A stretch of DNA of 64,000 nucleotides from Escherichia phage phiWec188. A program made the position numbers and the translations under genes. Location: sequence record LC739537.1; one strand, 5' to 3'. The stretch's first letter is position 1. Each line of letters begins with the position of its first letter. The notes below the pieces were generated by a model. It ran no database searches. It saw only the letters and a list, made by a program, of their open reading frames with translations, and had not been told where the DNA came from. This document shows positions 1-9,411 of this stretch, one piece after another.

Positions 1-343
1 TGACAACTCTGTTGTTCAACGTGCATTGGAAGTAACTCCTTCCGATCGTGGAGAACTGGAGATCACAGATATCAATCGCAGCTACCTCGAAGACAGGAAG
101 TTACAAGTGGAAGTTCTTGGAAGAGGATTCACTTGGTTGGATACAGGGACACACGCCAGTCTAATGGAAGCAGGTCAATTCGTGCAGACTATTGAGAACT
201 GCCAAGGATTGAAGATTGCGTGCCTGGAAGAGATTGCTTTCAAAAAAGGGTGGATTTCTTTAGAGACTTTGGTGTATCATGGCAACTCATTGAAGAAAAC
301 AGAGTACGGGCAATATCTGTTAAAATTAGCGGAGGGTAAATGA
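1..343 (+). CDS. rmlA: glucose-1-phosphate thymidylyltransferase, C-terminal part (5' end lies outside window)
   Basis: In-frame ORF open to window start; C-terminal sequence pattern typical of RmlA/RfbA; stop overlaps next start (ATGA). Confidence 0.75.
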   Translation, partial: DNSVVQRALEVTPSDRGELEITDINRSYLEDRKLQVEVLGRGFTWLDTGTHASLMEAGQFVQTIENCQGLKIACLEEIAFKKGWISLETLVYHGNSLKKTEYGQYLLKLAEGK

Positions 344-900
344 AAATAAAAGAATTAAGTATTCCTGGTCTGGTTGTCTTTAAACCTCAAGTTTACAAAG
401 ATGATCGTGGTTCCTTCACGGAGACGTTTAACGAGAAGATTTACGAAGAGGTTATTGGCAAACAAACGTTTGTTCAGGATAACCATTCATTCTCTACTTT
501 AGGTGTTCTTCGCGGAATGCACTTTCAAGTAAATAACCCGCAAGGTAAGCTTGTACGTTGCACACGAGGTGAAGTTTTTGACGTGGCTGTAGATCTTCGT
601 GAAGGTAGTCCAACCTTCGGACAATGGGAAGGTGTGATTCTTAGTGGGTGTAACAATAAACAGTTGTGGATTCCACCTGGCTTTGCACATGGTTTTGTTG
701 TAACCTCTTATGAAGCCAACTTTGAATACAAGTGCACCAACTACTACGATCCGGCATCTGAACGTAGTTTGTTGTGGAACGATCCTACTGTGAATATTGA
801 TTGGGGTTTTGATATGATTTTCAATGATGAGAATTTTGTACCCATCATTTCGGAAAAGGATGCACAAGCTAAAACACTGAAGGAGCTTATGGGATCATGA
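340..900 (+). CDS. rmlC: dTDP-4-dehydrorhamnose 3,5-epimerase
   Basis: 186 aa; cupin-type RmlC motifs ([36 protein letters not shown]); ATGA overlap with neighbours. Confidence 0.9.
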   Translation: MKIKELSIPGLVVFKPQVYKDDRGSFTETFNEKIYEEVIGKQTFVQDNHSFSTLGVLRGMHFQVNNPQGKLVRCTRGEVFDVAVDLREGSPTFGQWEGVILSGCNNKQLWIPPGFAHGFVVTSYEANFEYKCTNYYDPASERSLLWNDPTVNIDWGFDMIFNDENFVPIISEKDAQAKTLKELMGS

Positions 901-1739
901 AAACATATTTAGTATTGGGTGGTAATGGTCAATTAGGTCAGGCACTGCGTAAAGTGGTGCCGGAGAATGTGACTTTGGTGTATCCAGAAAAGCGTGTAGA
1001 TATCACCAGTTTTGAAGCTGTGCGGAAAGCGATCATGGAAACCCCAAATATTAACGGTGTTATCAACTGTGCGGCATACACTGCTGTGGACAAAGCCGAG
1101 ACAGATGTTGATGCAGCTATGGCTGTAAATTTACACGGGGCAGCTAATATTGCTGCCTTCTGTAAGGCTTGGGATATTGACATGGTGCATATTTCTACTG
1201 ACTATGTGTTCAACAGCGATAAACCGTTGTTCCATCAGGATGAACCCAACCCTATCAATGTTTACGGGTTATCTAAAAGTTTGGGTGAAGCTGCTGTTCG
1301 TGGTATCTACCATAAAGCTTTTATTATCCGCACGGCTTCTGTGTATAGCGAGTTTGGTAACAACTTCCTGAAGACTATGGTATCTCGTTACAACGATGGT
1401 CAAAGAAACTTCTCGGTAGTTGCAGATCAAACATCTCGACCAACTTATGCCCCAGATTTGGCTAAGATGATTTTCCAAGTGTTGGAAACAGGATATAACA
1501 CCCGTACTTTGCATTACGCTGGGAACATCACTGTTTCGTGGCACCAGTTCGCAAAAATGATATTGACACGTATGCCTGAATCTGTTATTATACACCCGAC
1601 CTCTGCTGCAACCTATAATTCGGCAGCGATGCGACCAGCAAAGTCTATACTAATTACGTCTGGTTGGAACGAACCTTCAAGCGTCGGACAAGGTATTGAA
1701 GAATCTTTAGCAGTATTACTTAATAAGGAGAGAGCATGA
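897..1739 (+). CDS. rmlD: dTDP-4-dehydrorhamnose reductase-like (RmlD family, NAD(P)-binding)
   Basis: 280 aa; N-terminal Rossmann motif LVLGGNGQLG as in RmlD; follows rmlC in an operon-like arrangement. Confidence 0.7.
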   Translation: MKTYLVLGGNGQLGQALRKVVPENVTLVYPEKRVDITSFEAVRKAIMETPNINGVINCAAYTAVDKAETDVDAAMAVNLHGAANIAAFCKAWDIDMVHISTDYVFNSDKPLFHQDEPNPINVYGLSKSLGEAAVRGIYHKAFIIRTASVYSEFGNNFLKTMVSRYNDGQRNFSVVADQTSRPTYAPDLAKMIFQVLETGYNTRTLHYAGNITVSWHQFAKMILTRMPESVIIHPTSAATYNSAAMRPAKSILITSGWNEPSSVGQGIEESLAVLLNKERA

Positions 1740-1996
1740 ATTTTGTAATTTACGGCAAACCAAATTGCCAGTTCTGTGAAATGTCCAAACAACTCTTAAC
1801 TATGCGTGAAAAAGAGTTTGAATATCTGACATTAGATCAAGATTATGATTTTGAAGTGATGACTCAAGCAGTGATCGCAGCAACAGGAATTGCACCTCGC
1901 ACCTTCCCGCAGATCTTTGTGGAAGAGCTTGGAGCAGTAACCCACGTAGGCGGTTTTACCGAACTGCGTGATTTCATGGCTCAAATTGCGGAGTAA
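1736..1996 (+). CDS. glutaredoxin/thioredoxin-like protein (T4 NrdC-like)
   Basis: 86 aa; CQFC redox motif near N-terminus; C-terminal GGF-x-ELRDF resembles T4 NrdC. Confidence 0.75.
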   Translation: MNFVIYGKPNCQFCEMSKQLLTMREKEFEYLTLDQDYDFEVMTQAVIAATGIAPRTFPQIFVEELGAVTHVGGFTELRDFMAQIAE

Positions 1997-2001
1997 TATA
2001 A

Positions 2002-2151
2002 ATGAAAAGTAAACAGAAACGTAAGATCTTTTCTCGTGCTTTAGCAAACGAGCTTAAGTCCAACACAAAGAAGACGAAACCGAAACGTGAGACTTCTCCT
2101 GAACATTTACTGTTTGACGAACTGGATCACGGAGTAGAGGACGACGAATAA
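2002..2151 (+). CDS. small basic hypothetical protein (49 aa, not in ORF track)
   Basis: ATG 6 nt after upstream stop; Lys/Arg-rich N-terminus, acidic C-terminus; fills an otherwise empty gap. Confidence 0.4.
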   Translation: MKSKQKRKIFSRALANELKSNTKKTKPKRETSPEHLLFDELDHGVEDDE

Positions 2152-2159
2152 AGGAAAAC

Positions 2160-2663
2160 ATGGCTAAAAAAGTAGTAGATGAGTTTGACATGTTGGCTGT
2201 TGATGAAGGACTGAAGCTGACTGTTTACCCAGACACCTTGGGATATTGGACAGTCGGCATTGGACACCTCTTAACTAAAAAGAAAGATAAGGCGGAAGCT
2301 ATTCGTATTCTGGATGCTCTTGTTGGTCGCAAGACTAACGGAGTTATCACAGAGAAAGAAGCCCGTGCTATCTTTGCTGACGATGTTGAAAAGGCGAAAA
2401 AACAGATTAAAAACAGTTCCATTCTTGCCCCAATTTATGATAAGGTGAGTGAAACCCGTAAACTGGCAATCATCAATATGGTGTTCCAGTTGGGGTTAAC
2501 CGGAACGGAAGGCTTTAAAAATAGCTTGACTTTAATCAGTAATTCGTACTATACTCAAGCTGGTAAAAACATGAGAGCCAGTAAATGGTACTCTCAAACG
2601 CCAAACCGTGCAGAACGAGTAATCAAGGTTCTAACATCTGGGACTCTTGATTCTTACAACTAA
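2160..2663 (+). CDS. endolysin, T4 e-type lysozyme (GH24)
   Basis: 167 aa; near-collinear with T4 lysozyme (DEGLKL, GIGHLLTK, NGVIT, INMVFQ, WYSQTPNRA). Confidence 0.93.
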   Translation: MAKKVVDEFDMLAVDEGLKLTVYPDTLGYWTVGIGHLLTKKKDKAEAIRILDALVGRKTNGVITEKEARAIFADDVEKAKKQIKNSSILAPIYDKVSETRKLAIINMVFQLGLTGTEGFKNSLTLISNSYYTQAGKNMRASKWYSQTPNRAERVIKVLTSGTLDSYN

Positions 2664-2690
2664 CAAAGGGGCGCAAGCCCCTTCTATAAG
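2664..2690 (+). terminator. intrinsic terminator/attenuator hairpin between lysozyme and phoH
   Basis: aggggcGCAAgcccct stem-loop followed by tctat; sits just before the phoH RBS. Confidence 0.45.
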
Positions 2691-2700
2691 GAGTGCTACT

Positions 2701-3456
2701 ATGGGAAAAACAGCTACCGCTAAATCACCGCGCCAGAAGTTAGCTTCTAATGCGAAAGTAGAAAGTCGTTATGCTGCAAAAGCAGTTGGAAATGATGACT
2801 ATCGTTTAGATGGGTTTTCACCAGAAGGAGATCAGCAGCAAATCGTTCAAAGTATGATCTGGAATGATCTTACAGTCGTAAATGCTCCAGCAGGGACAGG
2901 CAAGACTTCCGTGACTTTATGGAAAGCTTTGCAGATGCTTCGAGCAGGAGATTTCCGTAAGCTTCTTTTTATTAAAAACCCGACTGAAGTTGGTGATGAT
3001 CAGATTGGTTTCCTTTCGGGAGATAAAACTGATAAACTGGCGGCGCACTACGAATCAACCAAACGAATCTTCCAGCAGTTTATGACTGCAAACAAATTAG
3101 AGAATGATATTGGTTCCGGTAAGATTGAACTTAATATCCCGAACTACCTACTGGGTGCTACCCTGGACAACACTATCGTGATCATTGATGAAGCACAGCT
3201 TATGTCTCCAGAAACATTAAAACTTCTGGTAGAGCGTGCAGGGATCAACACTCATGTTGTTGTTCTTGGAGATGTTCGTCAAACCTACGCTATCAAAAAG
3301 CGTGCAAACGGTTTGAAAGATCTTCTTGACAAAGTTGCCCCTGAAGGTGAAGATGGTGTTCGTGTCCCTCTGGTAGACTTTATCGGTTATGTGCAGTTAA
3401 CCACAGATGACAACAAACGATCTCGTTTGTCTAAGTTCATCACGGAAATTTATTAA
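2701..3456 (+). CDS. phoH: PhoH-like ATPase
   Basis: Walker A (NAPAGTGKTS) and Walker B (IVIIDEAQ) in PhoH arrangement; ATG 2701 preceded by aaggag. Confidence 0.85.
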   Translation: MGKTATAKSPRQKLASNAKVESRYAAKAVGNDDYRLDGFSPEGDQQQIVQSMIWNDLTVVNAPAGTGKTSVTLWKALQMLRAGDFRKLLFIKNPTEVGDDQIGFLSGDKTDKLAAHYESTKRIFQQFMTANKLENDIGSGKIELNIPNYLLGATLDNTIVIIDEAQLMSPETLKLLVERAGINTHVVVLGDVRQTYAIKKRANGLKDLLDKVAPEGEDGVRVPLVDFIGYVQLTTDDNKRSRLSKFITEIY

Positions 3457-3494
3457 TAACAAAAAGCAAGGATGCTTTATTAAAGGGAGGGTCG

Positions 3495-3992
3495 ATGGTA
3501 CAGACAATTATAGATCGGACTGGTATTGATGAATGTTACCAAACTGGGCTTGTGAAGCCTAACGAGTTCCGACAGATTTGCGTGAATCATATTGAGAAAG
3601 AAATTGCACTAACTTTGGAGAACCTTACCCTCCGAGACAAGCTGTCAATGTTTGTGGCTTGGTGTAAAGGTGAAGATTGGTTATTGGCCCATTTTCAAGA
3701 ACTTTCTGATAGTCAAGAAGGCTTATATGAATGTATAATAGGAATAGCTGGCTCCAATCCTGAACTTCTCCATTTGGAAGAAGAAGAGGCGAAGTTACTG
3801 TTCTTAAGCAACATGTTCAATCGTAAAGCATTGCTTGTTCGTGAGTGTAGTGATCTTTTAAATCATCCACTGGCGATCACAAACGAAATACTGGTTGACA
3901 AAGAGACATTACGTGCGATAGACTATCTGCGCAAGTATGTCAACGGCGGGAAAGCAGTTCTTAAAACATTAACAGAGGAGGAAGCAGAATGA
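3495..3992 (+). CDS. hypothetical protein
   Basis: 165 aa ORF; RBS-like aaagggaggg upstream; ATGA overlap with next gene. Confidence 0.5.
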   Translation: MVQTIIDRTGIDECYQTGLVKPNEFRQICVNHIEKEIALTLENLTLRDKLSMFVAWCKGEDWLLAHFQELSDSQEGLYECIIGIAGSNPELLHLEEEEAKLLFLSNMFNRKALLVRECSDLLNHPLAITNEILVDKETLRAIDYLRKYVNGGKAVLKTLTEEEAE

Positions 3993-4675
3993 CTACAATT
4001 ATCGCAACCAAAAACAAGATCCTTAGCGACGGTAAAGTAACTTTCGGTGGTCGTGTAGATTCAACCAATTTCAAGAAAGTACGTAAGATTGGGGATTATC
4101 TCGTAGGTGGCGCAGGGCGTTTAACTTCGGTTTTAGCTTTCTTCCAGTGGTTCGAACAGAACCTGCAATGTGAAGCGGCGCGTGAGGCAGTGCCTGGGTT
4201 GATGATCAGTTCTAACCCTGATCGTGAAGATGAAGAGTTTATTGCTCTCGTTGTTCACCCAGACGGACGTATTTTCCTGCATGAAGGTAATGATCCTACC
4301 CGTGCATACCCAATCGACGAAGAATACTACGCAGTAGGCAGTGGTTCCGATTTTGCGCTCGCAGCACTGGATGGTGGTGCTTCTCCAGAAGCTGCTATGG
4401 AGGTTGCCAAGAAGCGTGACGCATACTCTGGTGGCGAAACATTCGTTGAAGAATTAGACGAGATCATCGAACTGACTGACGAAGATCTCGAAAACTTCAC
4501 CAAACAAGAACTGATCAACCTGCTTAAGTTTGGCGATCCTGCTGGTGAAGAAACTCCTCGTGACGTGGCAGGTGACGAGACGGCAGGAGAAGTTGTAGTA
4601 GAAAAAGACTTGACTTCAAAACCGGAAAATATTAATCTCGTAAATGTAGCGGATTTCGAGAATCCCGCTTCTTAA
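3989..4675 (+). CDS. HslV/proteasome-like Ntn-hydrolase peptidase with acidic C-terminal extension
   Basis: 228 aa; N-terminal MTTII (Thr nucleophile after Met), KKVRK, GGAG, AVGSGSDFALAAL match HslV pattern; acidic tail about 70 aa. Confidence 0.55.
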   Translation: MTTIIATKNKILSDGKVTFGGRVDSTNFKKVRKIGDYLVGGAGRLTSVLAFFQWFEQNLQCEAAREAVPGLMISSNPDREDEEFIALVVHPDGRIFLHEGNDPTRAYPIDEEYYAVGSGSDFALAALDGGASPEAAMEVAKKRDAYSGGETFVEELDEIIELTDEDLENFTKQELINLLKFGDPAGEETPRDVAGDETAGEVVVEKDLTSKPENINLVNVADFENPAS

Positions 4676-4680
4676 TAAAA

Positions 4681-4702
4681 CTGCCCCTTCGGGGGCATTT
4701 CT
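4681..4702 (+). terminator. intrinsic terminator
   Basis: gccccTTCGggggc hairpin followed by atttctt, right after the stop at 4675. Confidence 0.6.
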
Positions 4703-4720
4703 TACGCAGAGGAGATTACT

Positions 4721-5158
4721 ATGTTGAACGTTCCTGTTAAATTCGTCGATAGCTGTGTTAATGCTTACCAACAAACTTGTAAACGTGCCTCAAACTGTTT
4801 GCAGTCTTTGATTCAAACGCGGTACGTGATCCAAAAGAAAAGAAAGTGGTTTGGTAAGGATTCTTATAGTGTTAATGCGTTCGGGGAGTATCAACTCCAG
4901 TATGACGATAACATGCAACACATCTTAGAGTTTTTACTGATAAAAGATAAAATCTCCCCTGCGGATTACCAGTTACTTAAATTCTACGATCAGAGTTTGT
5001 CTATTGAGGAAGTTATTCAAGATATCCTTTCTCGTAAGACAGATAAGAACACTGTTGGTATTACAAACTTAGAGATGCAATTGCTCAATGAGATCTTTTT
5101 GTTTGTGGAAGATGAGTCTGTAACTAAGGAGGAGCTTTTAAATGGCTTTAAGCTATGA
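4721..5158 (+). CDS. hypothetical protein
   Basis: 145 aa ORF; gaggag RBS upstream. Confidence 0.5.
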   Translation: MLNVPVKFVDSCVNAYQQTCKRASNCLQSLIQTRYVIQKKRKWFGKDSYSVNAFGEYQLQYDDNMQHILEFLLIKDKISPADYQLLKFYDQSLSIEEVIQDILSRKTDKNTVGITNLEMQLLNEIFLFVEDESVTKEELLNGFKL

Positions 5159-5650
5159 TCGTCCAGAGTCCGATTACTATCCGACTCCGCAAAAAGCGAT
5201 TAACTCGTTATTTAGCATTATTGATTTTAAAAATTTGAAAGAGGAAGGATTTACATTTGCAGAACCGTGTAGAGGACAAGCAGCGGCTATTTACCGTCAC
5301 TTTCCTGAAGGTTCTCAGTATTGTGAGCTTGAAGAAGGTAAAGATTATTTTAGTCACGTATGGGAAAATCGTCCCGACATTATAATCACGAATCCTCCAT
5401 TCAAGCTGGCATTAGAGTTCTTGGAAAAGAGCTTGAAAGAAGCAGACGTGTCAGTCTACCTGCTTCGCCTGGGATTCCTTGAGTCAAAGAAACGTCGAGC
5501 GTTTCATCAAGAAAACCCCCTACGAATTTGATTGTACTCTCCGAACGTCCTTCGTTCGTAGCAGGTGGAACAGATAAGACAGCGTATGCTTGGTACGTAT
5601 ACGATCCAAAACAAATTTTGGGTCTAACTCAACCATTTTATTTCGTTTAA
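5142..5650 (+). CDS. putative DNA N6-adenine methyltransferase, interrupted by an apparent -1 frameshift near 5512-5520
   Basis: YYPTP and IIITNPPF motifs; ORF stops at 5531 but the -1 frame continues (LIVLSERPSFVAGGTDKTAYAWYVYD) to stop at 5650; shift falls in an A4C5 run. Confidence 0.4.
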
Positions 5651-5660
5651 GGAGCACACT

Positions 5661-5897
5661 ATGGCTAAATTTACTATGACCGTTTCTATTGATTTTGATG
5701 ATGAGGACGGAGGCATTAACTTAGGTATTGCTCAGAGCCTGGAAGGTGATTTGAACCCGACACAAGCAGCTATGGCGGTATTCTTTAAAGATACCATAAC
5801 AGTTACAGCAACACATTCTGCAAATCAAACTGTAGATTACGGTAGCATGGTTCAAGCCTTGGTTGATGCTCAAAACGGTGAAGATTGGGATGATTAA
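5661..5897 (+). CDS. hypothetical protein
   Basis: 78 aa ORF; aaggag RBS upstream. Confidence 0.5.
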   Translation: MAKFTMTVSIDFDDEDGGINLGIAQSLEGDLNPTQAAMAVFFKDTITVTATHSANQTVDYGSMVQALVDAQNGEDWDD

Positions 5898-6100
5898 TGG
5901 CTTATAATTATTATTGCGTTTACGCAAATGAAGCAAAGAAAGGCGACACTGGCACTAACGTCTATGCAGAATCAGAAACACATGCAAAAGAAATTGGTGC
6001 GATCCTTCTGTCACGTTGGACAGGTGGTAACTATTCTGCTGTGGATTTGTTCGCAGAAATGGATGATACCATCCAAGAAGATACTATCACCACAACCTGA
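5897..6100 (+). CDS. hypothetical protein
   Basis: 67 aa ORF; ATGA-type overlap with upstream gene. Confidence 0.45.
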   Translation: MAYNYYCVYANEAKKGDTGTNVYAESETHAKEIGAILLSRWTGGNYSAVDLFAEMDDTIQEDTITTT

Positions 6101-6121
6101 TATTGCTTGAAGTAGTTGGTA

Positions 6122-6152
6122 CTCTCCTTGTTTCGGCAAGGAGGGTATTTTT
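6122..6152 (+). terminator. intrinsic terminator
   Basis: ctccttgTTTCGGcaaggag hairpin followed by ggtattttt. Confidence 0.6.
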
Positions 6153-6164
6153 AAGGAGGAAGTT

Positions 6165-6356
6165 ATGCAAGAGAATGAAGAGGTAGTTGTTAAAAAGTTC
6201 CCGACACGTACACAGGCAGTCAACTTTGCTTCTGATTTGCTTGTAGATGTGGAAGGAGTTCTCATTAGACATGAAGGGGATTCCTGGAATGTCTCTTATA
6301 ACGTAAACAGATCAATTATCTATTTAGGAGAAGAGAACTTCTCTCGTATAGATTGA
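6165..6356 (+). CDS. hypothetical protein
   Basis: 63 aa ORF; aaggagg RBS upstream. Confidence 0.45.
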   Translation: MQENEEVVVKKFPTRTQAVNFASDLLVDVEGVLIRHEGDSWNVSYNVNRSIIYLGEENFSRID

Positions 6357-6370
6357 TCGAAGGAGTAGTT

Positions 6371-6943
6371 ATGCGTTCTACTTACACAGGTAAGATTAAT
6401 TCTGGTATCATTTTAGCAGTAGCAGGAATCATCAGCAAAACTTTCAAAGTGGCAAACCTACCAGAGTGTGTAGATTTTGACCACGTATTCAATCCATTAA
6501 ATCCTTCTCGTTGTGTTGTTCGTAGCAACATTGAGAATCCAAACGAGAACTTGTTTTATGTAACATCGCCTTCACAAAGTATTCTAAACCAAGTGGAGGC
6601 TAAAATTATTACCGAAGGTAGTTATTTCTCATTGCTACCTTGTAAATCGGTGGCGATTGAAGATAGTATCACCTTCGCAAATAACTTGGTCTTGACCATG
6701 TTCATGGTTTCTGATAAAGACTGTGGAGAGGATATGGTTTTAGCTGTAAGGAATGTTTATGACACATTGGGTATTGCTTATAGCTGTAAGTTGTGCGATG
6801 ATTATAAATCTTGTTCAGACTTTTACATAAATGGTGTTCGGGTATGTCGTGTTGAATCCTACTGGGTGCAAGACACATACGTAACAGTAGCGAACGTGAT
6901 CAATGAACCTATGTTCAGCCACGCTTTAGCGTTAATCATTTGA
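6371..6943 (+). CDS. hypothetical protein
   Basis: ORF 6353..6943 in track; ATG 6371 chosen because of aaggag RBS. Confidence 0.5.
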   Translation: MRSTYTGKINSGIILAVAGIISKTFKVANLPECVDFDHVFNPLNPSRCVVRSNIENPNENLFYVTSPSQSILNQVEAKIITEGSYFSLLPCKSVAIEDSITFANNLVLTMFMVSDKDCGEDMVLAVRNVYDTLGIAYSCKLCDDYKSCSDFYINGVRVCRVESYWVQDTYVTVANVINEPMFSHALALII

Positions 6944-6953
6944 GGAGGAAGGG

Positions 6954-7283
6954 ATGGAAATTACTACAGAACAGGCTCTTATCGACGAAGGGCGTAAAAT
7001 CTTAGAGAAGCATTTGGGAGATATACATCAAACCCCTGGCTACTTAGGGTGGCGCATGGTTGAAGCTGTAGATTTCCTTCCTCGCACCAAACAAGACGTT
7101 GAAATGCGTTCTCTGTTTTTGCTTGTTAAGGTAGACGGAGATACGCCTTTCAAGCTGGCAGCTTCACACATTGAGAAGGTGGAGGAGAAAGCTTATTCAG
7201 AGTTTGCCGAACTCGTATTACAGGAGGATCTCGAAGGGAAGGTAAACATTTTTATTTTTCTGGATTTTGAGGAGGAGATATGA
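6954..7283 (+). CDS. hypothetical protein
   Basis: 109 aa ORF; gaggagg RBS upstream. Confidence 0.5.
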   Translation: MEITTEQALIDEGRKILEKHLGDIHQTPGYLGWRMVEAVDFLPRTKQDVEMRSLFLLVKVDGDTPFKLAASHIEKVEEKAYSEFAELVLQEDLEGKVNIFIFLDFEEEI

Positions 7284-8017
7284 TTTTATATAAAGAGATT
7301 ACCGTGGAGCAGGATCAAGACCTCTTCATTATCGGGGACTTGCATGGTTGCTACGATCTTTACTTGAAAGGTAAGAATTATCTTGGTATCCGAGATACAG
7401 ATGTGGTTGTGTCTCTCGGAGATTTGACAGATCGTGGTAAACAAAACTTCAAATGTGTTGTAGAGTTTTGTCGCAAAGAGAATCGTTATGCTCTCTGTGG
7501 TAATCACGAAGATATGATGATTAAAGGCTTACTGGAAGGGGATCGTCGTTACTACGAATGTTGGTATCAGAATGGTGGTCATACGGTATTGGCAGAATGT
7601 GATGAAGAAGGATCTACTCTGCTCGCTACGATGGTTGAGGACAACCCTGTGATTTTGGTTGTGAACTATCGAGGTATGAAGTTAGGGTTTATTCATGGTG
7701 GATATCCTTCCTCTTTTGAATATCTTCCCCTGACAGACATACCACACCTACGTATGAGCAAAGCAAAAGAAGCTACTTTCGCTGAAGCTTTGATGTGGGA
7801 TCGTGATATGGTGGAGTGTGCCAAAGAAGGCATGAAACTTCCGGTTGTTATGGGTGTTGATTATGTGTTTCACGGGCACTCTTATGTGAAAGAACCTTTG
7901 ATCAATGCTAATCGTGTTTATATGGATACTGGGTCTGTTTTCAATAACAACTTAACGTTTGCCTATTTTGATGCAGACGGTGGACTTCAGTTTTATTCAA
8001 CTTTACAGGAGGATTAA
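7280..8017 (+). CDS. Ser/Thr protein phosphatase (lambda-PPase-like metallophosphoesterase)
   Basis: GDLHG, GDLTDRG, GNHE motifs in canonical order; 245 aa. Confidence 0.85.
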   Translation: MILYKEITVEQDQDLFIIGDLHGCYDLYLKGKNYLGIRDTDVVVSLGDLTDRGKQNFKCVVEFCRKENRYALCGNHEDMMIKGLLEGDRRYYECWYQNGGHTVLAECDEEGSTLLATMVEDNPVILVVNYRGMKLGFIHGGYPSSFEYLPLTDIPHLRMSKAKEATFAEALMWDRDMVECAKEGMKLPVVMGVDYVFHGHSYVKEPLINANRVYMDTGSVFNNNLTFAYFDADGGLQFYSTLQED

Positions 8018-8310
8018 TGTATAAAATTACAATCGTAGAATCTGTGGGCGAGATTCGTAAAGAAATTATTCTGGAGACGGAAGATCTGGAACTGGTACGT
8101 GAAATCATAATTGGGAAGGATGTAGATAAGGTTGAGTCGGACGCTCCGAATCTGATGATCGATGATCAATATGCAGAATTTCGTCGTATTTTTGAGGAGG
8201 AAAGGAAGAAGTGGGGCAAAGAACCACACGTTTTTCGTCCTTATAATCCATATCCTTCTGGTGATCCGTGGATCATGACTAACAGAAACCCGTTTGAAAT
8301 AACCTGTTGA
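8017..8310 (+). CDS. hypothetical protein
   Basis: 97 aa ORF; ATGA overlap with phosphatase gene. Confidence 0.5.
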   Translation: MYKITIVESVGEIRKEIILETEDLELVREIIIGKDVDKVESDAPNLMIDDQYAEFRRIFEEERKKWGKEPHVFRPYNPYPSGDPWIMTNRNPFEITC

Positions 8311-8318
8311 GGTGGCTT

Positions 8319-8897
8319 ATGAGCAACCTATTTTACACAGGTGTGGGAAGTCGAGAGATAACCCACGAAGAATGGGATTTAATGGTCGCTGTAGCAAAGT
8401 GGTTGGCTAACTGTGGTTTTACTTTACGTTCAGGTAATGCAAACGGTAGTGACTCTGCTTTCGAAACTGGTGTAGAAGAATCTAAAAACAAAACTCTCAA
8501 GGAGATTTATATCCCTTGGGAGAAGTTTGAAGGTAATGATATCCCAGGTGAGAAAATAGTGCTTGCTAATCCTGACAGTATGAACTATGCTATCAGTCTC
8601 CAGTGGATAAAGGAAATCCATCCAGCATTTGATAAACTTAAACAAGGTGCACGTAAATTGCATCAACGTAACGTTCATCAGGTGTTGGGACAAGACCTGG
8701 AGCATCCTGTGCCTTCCTTATTCTTATTGGCATGTTCCAAAGAGGATAAGAAGGGAGATGTTATGGGTGGAACACGGACGGCGTGGCTCATCGCTAAAGC
8801 TAATAACGTTCCATGTTTTAACTTACGTGGTAAAACAAAGGAAGAACTTTATGCTTTTCTTAAACCGTTGGTCAAGGGGGCAATCAGTGGCAATTAA
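8319..8897 (+). CDS. Rossmann-like SLOG/DprA-type protein (putative)
   Basis: ORF 8307..8897; YTGVGSR and SGNANGSDSAFETG motifs resemble the DprA/SLOG fold; start ATG 8319. Confidence 0.4.
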   Translation: MSNLFYTGVGSREITHEEWDLMVAVAKWLANCGFTLRSGNANGSDSAFETGVEESKNKTLKEIYIPWEKFEGNDIPGEKIVLANPDSMNYAISLQWIKEIHPAFDKLKQGARKLHQRNVHQVLGQDLEHPVPSLFLLACSKEDKKGDVMGGTRTAWLIAKANNVPCFNLRGKTKEELYAFLKPLVKGAISGN

Positions 8898-9411
8898 GTT
8901 AGATCGTGCAAACGTAGGTAATCGTTTTAACCTTAGTCGTATAAACGAGGACACAGATGTTACAGCAGATATTGAAAAAATCATGCAGGGTATTGTCCAT
9001 CACGGTTTGCGTTTTGCCAGAGATTTGGTAATCTTTCGTTATGACGGAGAAGATGATCGTTCAAAGAATGATGGGATTATCTTCGTAGATAAAGATTTAA
9101 CCCAAGCAGATATTGAACAGATCAACCGTTATTTTATTGGTGTAGGGGATCTTCAAGACACGCAGCTTGCACGTATGGCAGAAATTCTGGCGAATAAATT
9201 GTTGCAAGATATCGGAAAAGTTCTTGACAAAAATCCAAAACATGTTATAGTGACTATCCACAAAATGAGTTTTATTAAGTATCTTAACAAACCTGGTAAA
9301 CTGGGTTATGGGTGGATACGCACAAGTGGACCACAAACCACTCTCGAAACCGAGATGTGCTATACAATTGAAGAAGTAAAACGTGAGGAGGGAGAGAATG
9401 GCGGAATTTAA
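8885..9411 (+). CDS. hypothetical protein (start uncertain, possibly GTG)
   Basis: Track ORF 8629..9411 overlaps previous gene; GTG at 8885 follows aaggggg and gives minimal overlap. Confidence 0.35.

Noticed and set aside
499-1595. Antisense ORFs 499-867, 938-1183, 1150-1371 and 1269-1595 inside rmlC/rmlD
   Set aside because: They lie entirely within well-supported coding genes, lack RBS and have no recognisable motifs; shadow ORFs.
1-1739. Host chromosomal O-antigen (rml) locus
   Set aside because: Gene order differs from the common rmlBDAC operon, genes are ATGA-coupled, and they run straight into a phage glutaredoxin/lysozyme/PhoH module with no boundary.
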